64,000 nt of DNA from positions 26,567 through 90,566 of the forward strand of contig CANRHN010000001.1 in the NCBI GenBank assembly GCA_947630425.1, written 5' to 3'. Numbering within the stretch: position 1 is the first letter of the stretch; each line of letters starts with the position of its first letter. Source of the stretch: an uncultured Clostridia bacterium (GTDB lineage: Bacteria; Bacillota; Clostridia; Christensenellales; CAG-314). Below, in pieces: positions 30,586 to 38,201 of the stretch. The position numbers and the translations under genes were made by a program. The notes under the pieces are model-generated. The model worked only from the letters and a program-made list of their open reading frames with translations. It was not told the DNA's origin and searched no databases.

Positions 30586-31537
30586 CGAATTCTCCTCTGT
30601 GCAGGGATCTCAGATCCTCTACCATATTCATTGCCGTTTCGACGTCGGGAACCGTCGCGCCGCTTGCTTTGGCATGACCGCCGCCGCCGTATTTTACGGC
30701 AACGGGGTTGATGTTGTACTTTTTGGAACGCAGCTCGCACAAAACGCCATCGTCAGTTTCGGTAAGGTTGACCCAGCTGTCTATTCCGCGAATGTCCGCC
30801 ATTGTTCCCACCATTCCGCGCGAAATGCCGAAGCTGTCGGTGTTGTACTGTTCGGTAATGCGTTTTAATTCCTCTTTTGGGGTAAGAATGTACGCCACGC
30901 CGTCCCCCGCAACCTGTATTTTTTGTACATATTGCGCGCGCAATCGCACGTTTTGCAGGTCGTCGGCATATAGCTCGCAGTACACCTCGTTGGGATCAAA
31001 GTCCTGTTCCGTCAGCACTGCCGCCAGACGGAAGGTGCGGCTGTTTGCCGAGTCGTAGCGGAAACGTCCGCTGTCCGTCACCATGCCGGTAAAAAGCGAT
31101 TTGGCTGCAAGTCGGTTGAGCTTGAGCCCCGTTTCCACGGCAAATTGCGTCAACAAGCCGCAACAGCTTTCAAAACTGCTGTCGATCACATCCAAGTCGC
31201 ATATATCTTCGCAGTGTATGTGGTGGTCAAAGCGTAGCGTCGCGGCGGCGGTGGAGTAGCGTCCGTCGCTTATCATAAAGCGCGCCGAAGTGTCCAGCAC
31301 AACAGCCAAAGCCGTCTTGTAAAGCTCGTCCGACACTTCATCCGGTTCACACCCTTCCATAAACGAATAACGTTTGGTTCTGTCCCCCACAATAAAAACT
31401 TTTTTTTGCGGAAAGTTTTCGTTTATGAGGGCTTTCAGCCCTATTTGACTGCCCAAAGCGTCGCCGTCGGGGTTGCTGTGACGGTGAATTATAATGGTGT
31501 CGTATTTGCGTAGCATTTCCAACGCTTTTTCAAACAT
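30548..31537 (-). CDS. DHH-family phosphoesterase (NrnA-like paralogue)
   Basis: Motifs HRHSNPDGDALGS, FDHHIH and GGGGH. ATG at 31537 follows GGAGG. The 3' end overlaps the next gene by 38 nt. Confidence 0.8.
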   Translation of the reverse strand: MFEKALEMLRKYDTIIIHRHSNPDGDALGSQIGLKALINENFPQKKVFIVGDRTKRYSFMEGCEPDEVSDELYKTALAVVLDTSARFMISDGRYSTAAATLRFDHHIHCEDICDLDVIDSSFESCCGLLTQFAVETGLKLNRLAAKSLFTGMVTDSGRFRYDSANSRTFRLAAVLTEQDFDPNEVYCELYADDLQNVRLRAQYVQKIQVAGDGVAYILTPKEELKRITEQYNTDSFGISRGMVGTMADIRGIDSWVNLTETDDGVLCELRSKKYNINPVAVKYGGGGHAKASGATVPDVETAMNMVEDLRSLHRGEFDDAKRDNAKNTR

Positions 31538-31619
31538 AGTTGCCTCCGCGTGCGTTGTGTGTGAACCCGCGTCCAACATTACATTTTAGCACATTTTGTA
31601 CGTGCAGTCAATGTGGAAA

Positions 31620-32540
31620 TTACGATTGTTGCTCTGCGGGCAGAGATTCTTGTTGTTGAACGGCGTTTTTTGCCACCGTCTCCGCCACGTAACTGTCTGT
31701 GTTTACTTCCACAATGTTTGCCGAGTATATGGTGAGCGGAAGGACAATCAGAATTGCCAAAAGCGGGCTTATCAACCACAGTATGCCGCATATAGCGATG
31801 TTGAGCAAAAAGATAATTCCGAGTACCGCCGCATATTGCAAAAGCATTTTGCCTGTCAGCAGTTGCTTGAGACTAATGGTGTTGTCGCGGTAAATCAAGT
31901 AGGAGGTGCAAATGGAAACCGTGCCCATCAGCAAAACTATTGCGACAAAAACCAGCAAACTGTACAGCCTGATTGTGGCAAGCAGCACAATTGACAACAG
32001 CCCCATAATCGTTTGAAACAGCGGCACAAACGTGTGAGCGATAACAAATTGCTTAAAATTGCGCTTGGCAACGCGGTTGCGCATAACGTATCTTGTGGCG
32101 TAGTTGGCGGCGGTCAACCCGATCACGGCAAGTACCGCGGCAACAGTAATACCCGCCACAAGCTCCTTTTTGAAAGTGGCCACAATGGCGTTGATGTTGT
32201 CGCCAAAGCCTTCTACAGAAACATTCAATGTTTCAAAAAAACCTTTTATTGTTGTGGAAAGCCACTTTGTATCCAAAATCGTTTTGATTATAGTAAAGGG
32301 ATTATCTTTCCAATTGATTTTGCCGAAAGAGTAGGACAAAAATTCCGTCACCGACGTATCGGATTCTTCCAAGGCGACCTTCAACTCATCTACGGTGGCG
32401 GTTACGGCATCTCCTGCCGCGCCTGCAACCGTGCCTATCAGCGAAAATACAGCAATGAGCAAAAACAGATAGACAATGCCCATCGGCACAAACACGTAAA
32501 TAAGGTTTTTTCCAAAGTTTTTCAGCGATTTTTTTATCAT
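31620..32540 (-). CDS. Hypothetical polytopic membrane protein
   Basis: 306-aa ORF with about six TM helices and no recognised domain. Confidence 0.5.
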   Translation of the reverse strand: MIKKSLKNFGKNLIYVFVPMGIVYLFLLIAVFSLIGTVAGAAGDAVTATVDELKVALEESDTSVTEFLSYSFGKINWKDNPFTIIKTILDTKWLSTTIKGFFETLNVSVEGFGDNINAIVATFKKELVAGITVAAVLAVIGLTAANYATRYVMRNRVAKRNFKQFVIAHTFVPLFQTIMGLLSIVLLATIRLYSLLVFVAIVLLMGTVSICTSYLIYRDNTISLKQLLTGKMLLQYAAVLGIIFLLNIAICGILWLISPLLAILIVLPLTIYSANIVEVNTDSYVAETVAKNAVQQQESLPAEQQS

Positions 32541-32811
32541 AAATTATTCTCCGTCAATGCAAAAAGTTTTCGTATTTCGCACCCCATCCTCGCATTTCGT
32601 CCGGCGTTTGACAGTTTTTGCAAAACATTTTCTCCTTTTTGAGTGTAGTTGTATTATACCATTTGCTTGTAAGGCAGTCAACACATCGATATCAAAAAAA
32701 TAACGAGTTACAAATTTGTCGCTTTCAACTGTGTTTGTGCCGTCAAGTAAAAAACGACGAAGCTTGAGCTTTTGCGAATTTTTCTTTTGAAAAATTTATT
32801 TTAGGCTGACG

Positions 32812-32839
32812 TTGACAACAAAACAAACTTGTGTATAAA
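32812..32839 (+). promoter_or_regulatory. Promoter giving a near-leaderless CDF transporter mRNA
   Basis: TTGACA (32812-32817), a 16-nt spacer, then TATAAA (32834-32839). The ATG at 32848 is only 8 nt downstream and has no SD. Confidence 0.5.
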
Positions 32840-32847
32840 ATATTTGT

Positions 32848-33978
32848 ATGAAAAGAAATCTTGACAAACACACAGTAAAGGGGCTTGTCGCTTCGTCCGT
32901 TGGAATTGCATGCAATTTGTTGCTCTCCGCCGCAAAAATAGCCGTGGGCGTGGTGTTGGGCATGATTTCCGTTGTTGCGGACGGCTTCAACAATTTGGGG
33001 GACTGCTGCAGCGGAATTGTTGCTCTTGTATCGGTGCGCATTGCCTCCAAGCCCGCCGACAAGCTTCACCCTTACGGTCATCGCCGCGCCGAGTATATTG
33101 CCGCAATGGTAACGGGATTTTTGGTGCTGATAGTGGCGGTGGAACTGCTGAAGGAATCCGTGTTCAGCGTCATCGACGGCAAATTTGACGCCGTAAATTG
33201 GGTTGTTTACGTTGTGTTGGGCACGTCGGTGGTTGTAAAGGCGGCAATGTTTGCGTACTACCGCGTTACCGCCAAGCAAATTTGTTCCGACTCGCTCAAA
33301 GCGGCGGCGACGGACAGCCTTTGCGATTGTATTGCAACATTGGCGGTTGTTGTGGGCGCGGTTCTTGCGGAGTTCGGCATTGCGGCAGACGGCTGGGTGA
33401 GCATTGCCGTTGCGTTGTTTGTGGGTTGGCAGGGCGTCAAGCTCGTGCGAGAAGCAAGCTCCAAATTGTTGGGTCAGGCTCCGGACGCAAAACAGGTCAA
33501 CCGCATAAAGGAACTGATACGTTCCTTTGACGGAGTGCTGGGTATGCACGATTTGCACGTGTTTACCTACGGCAACGGAATTGCCTATGCAACCGTACAC
33601 GTGGAAATGGATTCCGAGCTGTCGGCAATGCAGTCTCATGCCGTTTTGGACGAATTGGAACAGGCGGTGTACAGGGCGGAAAAGGTGTATTTGACCGCGC
33701 ACCTCGACCCTGTTGACACGCACGACGAGCAAGCGGCGCAGTTGGAAAAAACATTGTGTGCCGCTTTGGAAAAACGTATAGTCGGAGTGGAAATTCACGA
33801 TTTCAGAATTATTCGCGGCGCGGTTGACAAGCTTGTATTCGATGTGGGAGTGCCCTATGATTGCACTTTGCCCGATGGCGAAATTGAAAAACAGACAGTC
33901 GCCGTTGTCAAAAATTTGGGGGACTACGATGTTGACGTCACCGTCGAAAGGGGAGTAGACGCCGATACTGTTGACTGA
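32848..33978 (+). CDS. Cation diffusion facilitator family transporter
   Basis: Six-TM N-terminal domain with CDF-type D/H sites, plus a cytoplasmic C-terminal domain (HDLHVFTYGNG..A.VHVE). Confidence 0.85.
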   Translation: MKRNLDKHTVKGLVASSVGIACNLLLSAAKIAVGVVLGMISVVADGFNNLGDCCSGIVALVSVRIASKPADKLHPYGHRRAEYIAAMVTGFLVLIVAVELLKESVFSVIDGKFDAVNWVVYVVLGTSVVVKAAMFAYYRVTAKQICSDSLKAAATDSLCDCIATLAVVVGAVLAEFGIAADGWVSIAVALFVGWQGVKLVREASSKLLGQAPDAKQVNRIKELIRSFDGVLGMHDLHVFTYGNGIAYATVHVEMDSELSAMQSHAVLDELEQAVYRAEKVYLTAHLDPVDTHDEQAAQLEKTLCAALEKRIVGVEIHDFRIIRGAVDKLVFDVGVPYDCTLPDGEIEKQTVAVVKNLGDYDVDVTVERGVDADTVD

Positions 33979-34023
33979 TAGCTTTTTTTGCGCTATAATA
34001 TCTTTTGTAAACCAATTCAACAT

Positions 34024-34098
34024 GCTTCCGTAGTTAAATGGATATAACAAGCCCCTCCTAAGGGCTAGTTAGCAGTTCGATTCTGCTCGGGAGTACCA
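34024..34098 (+). tRNA. tRNA-Arg (anticodon CCT)
   Basis: Hand-folded cloverleaf: acceptor GCTTCCG/CGGGAGT (two G-U pairs), D stem GTTA/TAAC, anticodon stem AGCCC/GGGCT with loop CTCCTAA, T arm AGCAG-TTCGATT-CTGCT, discriminator A, CCA. Confidence 0.8.
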
Positions 34099-34189
34099 AT
34101 AGCAGTTCGCTCAGCCGAGGAGCGTAGCGACGAACGCCACGAAGCGTAGCGAAGTATTCTGCTCGGGAGTACCAATAGCGGTTCGCTGC
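34080..34189 (+). repeat. 76-bp-period tandem duplication of the tRNA-Arg 3' end
   Basis: ATTCTGCTCGGGAGTACCAATAGC(A/G)GTTCGCT occurs at 34080-34113 and 34156-34189. The intervening 46 nt (34110-34155) is a short version of the 73-nt insert described below. Confidence 0.85.
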
Positions 34190-34449
34190 GCTCGTCCGAA
34201 AGCGATTGTTGCTTGTAGAGTCGATCGCGTCACATTGTTTCATGCTCCTGTCACCGAAGCAAAAAGGCAACAAGAAAAAGGCTGCAATGGAAAGGAAGCA
34301 CCTAATCGTGCTTCCTTTCCGTTGCAACTACAAGCGCAGTTGCCGCAAATGGCGTTGGGTCGACGGCAAACCTACCGTCCGAAAGGAGGAGGACCAACAT
34401 ATATGGCAAAAGAAAAATCAACAAATATAAAAAAGGGAGAACGAACAAA
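34186..34449 (+). repeat. Cassette 5' flank, copy 1
   Basis: Near-identical to 39984-40245. It contains a reversed tRNA-trailer unit (hairpin GGAAAGGAAGCAC/GTGCTTCCTTTCC at 34289-34320), a tRNA-3'-end-like 23-mer on the minus strand (34350-34372), the SD AAAGGAGGAGG and a 16-codon uORF. Confidence 0.85.
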
Positions 34450-34453
34450 ATGA
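34403..34453 (+). CDS. Conserved 16-codon upstream ORF (MAKEKSTNIKKGERTK), copy 1
   Basis: ATG lies 8 nt after AAAGGAGGAGG. Its TGA overlaps the cargo ATG (ATGA at 34450-34453). The peptide is identical at 40199-40249. Translation has not been shown. Confidence 0.35.
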   Translation: MAKEKSTNIKKGERTK

Positions 34454-34944
34454 GTGAAGCACTTATAGGTCTGTTGAGCGCGGTGATAGGCGTCGTCGTG
34501 GGCGCATTGGGCACATACTTTACATTGCGCTTCAACTACAAGTCGCTGTATGCGCAAGTGGTGTCGCAAAGCCGCAACAATTGGCTTAACGAAATGCGCA
34601 AGTACATATCTCAAATGCTTGCCGCAAAAAAATCGGAGTTAGAATACATTGTCAATCAGTCCGCCAACAACAATCCTTCAATCATCCAAGACTGTCGCGA
34701 AAGATACTATAATGCCAAAGCAGAGGTTCTGATTCGATTGAATAAAAACGAAGATTTACCTAAAAAGTTGGAAAAAGAAATTAAAAAAATAGACAAACTC
34801 GTCAAAAAAGCAAAGCCTGGAAATCAAACAGTTATTAGCGATTTTGAAAATAAAGAAAAAAGAATAATAGATTATTGCAGAGAATACTTCAAAAAAGAGT
34901 GGGAGCGCGTAAAACAAGAGGCGAGTGGCGACGATTATGATTAA
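34450..34944 (+). CDS. Cassette cargo 1: 164-aa N-terminally membrane-anchored helical protein
   Basis: One TM helix (LIGLLSAVIGVVVGALGTYF), then a Lys/Glu-rich helical region. No recognised domain. Confidence 0.6.
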   Translation: MSEALIGLLSAVIGVVVGALGTYFTLRFNYKSLYAQVVSQSRNNWLNEMRKYISQMLAAKKSELEYIVNQSANNNPSIIQDCRERYYNAKAEVLIRLNKNEDLPKKLEKEIKKIDKLVKKAKPGNQTVISDFENKEKRIIDYCREYFKKEWERVKQEASGDDYD

Positions 34945-35456
34945 TCAAAAAAAGGGAGACGAACGTTACAGTTGGTCTCCCTAACATTTTGTTTAATCCC
35001 CATCACAACGGCTGCACTATGCGGTGACGATTTTTTACGAACAGTATGGTTTATTGGATTTAGTATGCGAAAAAATTACGTTATTGCTTTTGCGCTTAAT
35101 ATAATACATAAATATGATGACAAGGCGATGTGTAACTTGAAAAAATATTGGTTAAAAATTGGTTAAAATTCGATATGGAAGTCGGTTAAAAGTGGTGTGC
35201 GAAATGAAATTTAATGCACAAAAGGGCTTGAAACTACCGTAAAATATCCGAAAAAACGGGCGTTTTGGACGATATTTTGCGTAATAAACGTTGTTTTCTC
35301 ATTCGGGGTCTACTTCTAAGCGAGCGGTCTATCCATACAAAACGGGCAAAAACAACAAAAAACAGCCGATTTTGGCAGTAAAACAGCTGTTTTTCACCAA
35401 AATTTGTGCTATTCAAAAAAGTTGGTTAAAATTTTGGTTAAAAAATTTTTAATATT
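34945..35456 (+). repeat. Cassette 3' flank, copy 1
   Basis: 34945-35330 is about 93% identical by eye to 40837-41203, and 35190-35345 is similar to 43050-43256. It contains the hairpin GGGAGAC..GTCTCCC, a TATAAT box and five T(T/C)GGTTAAAA motifs (35148, 35159, 35182, 35422, 35434). Confidence 0.85.
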
Positions 35457-35600
35457 TGTAGTTAAAGGAACATAACTCGGACCACCTAATGGCTAATTGG
35501 CAGTTCGTTCAGCCGAGGAGCGTAGCGACGAACGCCCTCAGCCAAGCACGCAGTGCGCACGCCACGAAGCGTAGTGAAGTATTCTGCTCGGGAGTACCCA
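35457..35600 (+). pseudogene. tRNA-Arg-derived relic with a 73-nt insert in the T-loop
   Basis: 35457-35507 aligns with tRNA-Arg positions 8-57 (GTAGTTAAA..CTAA..GGCT.A.TT.GCAGTTCG) but lacks the 5' acceptor strand. Then come 73 nt (35508-35580), followed by ATTCTGCTCGGGAGTACC (35581-35598). Confidence 0.7.
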
Positions 35601-35746
35601 AAAAAGACGTAAGGAGAAAAACTCTTTACGTTTTTTTTAGCATTCATATTTTTTGACTGTAAAAAACGAACTGCCCCTAAATGGTGAAAAAGGAAAAATG
35701 CAACCATGAAATCATCTTCACTCATGTTTCGGCGATGTATATTGCC

Positions 35747-37198
35747 TCAATACCAATCGTGTTTTTCGTTCCTGTCGAGGGCAGCGATCTCGTTCATTTC
35801 TTCGTTTGAAAGCGAGAAATCGAACACAGAAATGTTTTCGAGGATATGGGCGGGATTACTTGAACCGGGGATCGCCACAACGCCGCGCTGTAAGTGCCAA
35901 CGTAAGATCACCTGCGCCGCCGTCACGTTGTGCGCCTCGGCAATTTTTACGATCGTTTCATCGGAAAGGAGTTCGCCCGTATGCCCTCTGCCGCCGAACG
36001 GATACCATGCCTGCACAACAATTCCCAAATTGTGCATATACGGCACGACGGCTTGCTCCTGATAATACGGGTGTATCTCATTCTGCACGAGCGCAGGTCT
36101 GATGTCCACCTGTGAAATGAAGTCGTCTATTTCTTCGATATACCAATTTGACAGTCCCAAAGAGCGGATCTTTCCGTCTGCCACGGCTTTTTCCATTGCT
36201 TTATACGCCTTAACGTCATTCGCGCCGGGATGGTGCAAGAGCATCATGTCGATATAGCCGATATTAAGTTTGTCGAGCGACTCCTGTATTGCTTCTTCGG
36301 GGTGAGAATATTGTTCGCCGGGGTAGATTTTTGTAATGACGAAAATCTCTTCGCGCGGCACATTCGATTCCCGTATCGCTTCTCCGATTTCCCTTTCGTT
36401 GCCGTACATGTGCGCGGTGTCGATAAGGCGAACGCCGCTTTCAAGTGCCGCTTTCACCGAGGCTTTGCACGTTTCGCCCGTAAGAGAATAAGTGCCAAGT
36501 CCCAAGATCGGCATTTCATATCCGCTGCTGAGAGTTACCGTGGGTGCGTGTCCGTTTTCGCCGCTATTAAGGTCGAACACGGAAACGTCGGGCGCGAATT
36601 TCAGTCCGAGCGAAGCCACCCATTCATCGACCATGCTTTGCGAAGTTCCCGAGGAAAATCTTCTGCCGTCAAGCCAAGTTGCGTCACTTGCGAGCGAATG
36701 TAAATTCGTCGCGCTCAAACCGATGCCGCTACTGTGCGAGGTGCAAAACGGTATGATCGTCTTGCCCGAAAAATCGTAACTTTCAAGAAAAGTATAGATG
36801 ATCTTAGGCGCTTGACTGTGCCAAATAGGATAGCCCAAAAAGACGACTTTGTATTTCTCCATGTTCTCCACGCTTCCGCTTATCGCAGGGCGGGCATCGG
36901 GATCGTTCTGCTCTCTGTCGGCGCGGCAGTCCGTATAGTATTTCAAATCGTCCTCGGTATAGGGTTCTTCGGGAACTATGGAATACAACGTGCCACCCGT
37001 CTTTGCCTCAATATGTTCCGCAACGCCTTTTGTCGTCCCCGTGCAGGAGAAGTAAGCGATCAGTACGTTTGAGACCGCCGCGGGCGTGTCGCTTTCGGGA
37101 GGCGTATGGTTTCCGCCGTTTTGATTCGTATTGTTGCACGCCGAAAAAGAAAATAACGCCATCATGATAATCAAGATGATTCCGAGTGTTTTTCTCAT
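35747..37198 (-). CDS. Lipoprotein-signal flavodoxin-like domain fused to an aldo/keto reductase
   Basis: MRKTLGIILIIMMALFSFSAC lipobox, a flavodoxin-like block (VLIAYFSCTGTTK ... FLGYPIWH), then AKR motifs (LGLGTY, DTAHMYGNE, LHHP). Confidence 0.75.
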   Translation of the reverse strand: MRKTLGIILIIMMALFSFSACNNTNQNGGNHTPPESDTPAAVSNVLIAYFSCTGTTKGVAEHIEAKTGGTLYSIVPEEPYTEDDLKYYTDCRADREQNDPDARPAISGSVENMEKYKVVFLGYPIWHSQAPKIIYTFLESYDFSGKTIIPFCTSHSSGIGLSATNLHSLASDATWLDGRRFSSGTSQSMVDEWVASLGLKFAPDVSVFDLNSGENGHAPTVTLSSGYEMPILGLGTYSLTGETCKASVKAALESGVRLIDTAHMYGNEREIGEAIRESNVPREEIFVITKIYPGEQYSHPEEAIQESLDKLNIGYIDMMLLHHPGANDVKAYKAMEKAVADGKIRSLGLSNWYIEEIDDFISQVDIRPALVQNEIHPYYQEQAVVPYMHNLGIVVQAWYPFGGRGHTGELLSDETIVKIAEAHNVTAAQVILRWHLQRGVVAIPGSSNPAHILENISVFDFSLSNEEMNEIAALDRNEKHDWY

Positions 37199-37211
37199 AA
37201 CTTCGCTTCTT

Positions 37212-38195
37212 TTATAAATTTGCCTTGAAAAACGCCTCGATTTTATCGAACGGAATAACATCGAGCCTGTCATACAGATCGGTATGCACGGCGTTCGGGA
37301 TGATGAGAAGTTCCTTGTTTGCCGCGTATTTGCTGTCCTTTGTCATTGCTGCGTAAGCATCCTTCGAGAAGTAGCAGGAGTGCGCCTTTTCGCCGTGAAT
37401 GAGAAGAACCGCGCTCCGAATTTCGTTGCTGTACGTAAGAATGGGCATGTTCATAAAGGAGAGCGAGGAAGTTTTGTTCCACCCGCCGTTACTGTTCAAA
37501 CTGCGAACATGGTAGCCCCGCTTAGTCTTATAGTAGTCGTAATAATCTTTTACGAAGAAAGGCGCATCGTCGGGAAGAGGATCGACGACTCCGCCGCCGA
37601 GTTCGTAAGTGCCGTTTTTGTAATCCACGGTGCGTTGTGCGTTGAGGGCTTTTTTCGTTTCAAAGCGCGCTTCCTCGCTGTCCTGCGCGTCGAAATAGCC
37701 TTTGGCGTTTACGCGCGTCATGTCGTACATGGTGGAGGCGACCGTCGCCTTGATTCTCGTATCCATCGCCGCCGTATTGATTGCCATTCCGCCCCAACCG
37801 CAAATGCCCAAGATGCCGATTTTGTCCGCGTCCACGTCCTCTCGGCAGGAGAGGAAGTCTACTGCCGCGGAAAAGTCCTCGGTGTTGATGTCGGGAGAAG
37901 CTACATAGCGGGGAAATCCGCCGCTCTCGCCCGTAAACGAGGGGTCGAATGCAATCGCAAGGAAGCCGCGCTTTGCAAGTTCCTGTGCATACAGCCCCGA
38001 ACTCTGTTCCTTCACCGCGCCGAAAGGACCGCACACAGCGACGGCGGGAAACTTTCCGCTTGTATTTTTCGGCTTATACACGTCGCAGGCAAGCGTAATG
38101 CCGTAACGGTTGTGGAACGTCGCCTTGCTATGCTCCACCTTCTCGCTCTTGGGGAACACTTTGTCCCATTCCTTCGTCAACTTCAATTCTTCCAT
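37212..38195 (-). CDS. Alpha/beta hydrolase (dienelactone-hydrolase-like, Cys nucleophile elbow)
   Basis: 327 aa with a GICGWGG elbow (G-x-C-x-G) and alpha/beta-fold spacing. Confidence 0.65.
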   Translation of the reverse strand: MEELKLTKEWDKVFPKSEKVEHSKATFHNRYGITLACDVYKPKNTSGKFPAVAVCGPFGAVKEQSSGLYAQELAKRGFLAIAFDPSFTGESGGFPRYVASPDINTEDFSAAVDFLSCREDVDADKIGILGICGWGGMAINTAAMDTRIKATVASTMYDMTRVNAKGYFDAQDSEEARFETKKALNAQRTVDYKNGTYELGGGVVDPLPDDAPFFVKDYYDYYKTKRGYHVRSLNSNGGWNKTSSLSFMNMPILTYSNEIRSAVLLIHGEKAHSCYFSKDAYAAMTKDSKYAANKELLIIPNAVHTDLYDRLDVIPFDKIEAFFKANL

Positions 38196-38201
38196 GTTTT
38201 T

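Noticed and set aside
23272-31537. A dedicated nucleotide-scavenging operon (anchored 5'-nucleotidase, giant OB-like lipoprotein, surE, two NrnA-like genes).
   Set aside because: The genes lie on different strands in separate transcription units. Each is a common housekeeping family. The association is suggestive only, and I mention it under the lipoprotein finding.
34186-35456. Retron msr/msd, DGR template/variable repeats, a CRISPR array, or a TnpB/IscB guide RNA as explanations for the conserved non-coding flanks.
   Set aside because: There is no reverse transcriptase, cas, tnpB or iscB gene in the window. The repeats are long (260-500 nt), few, and not regularly spaced short direct repeats.
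35457-35600. The 73-nt insert as a genuine tRNA intron (group I or archaeal-type) in a functional tRNA-Arg.
   Set aside because: The relic has no 5' acceptor strand and a non-pairing anticodon stem. The insert is too short for a group I intron. The same insert occurs at 54587 without any tRNA 3' half.
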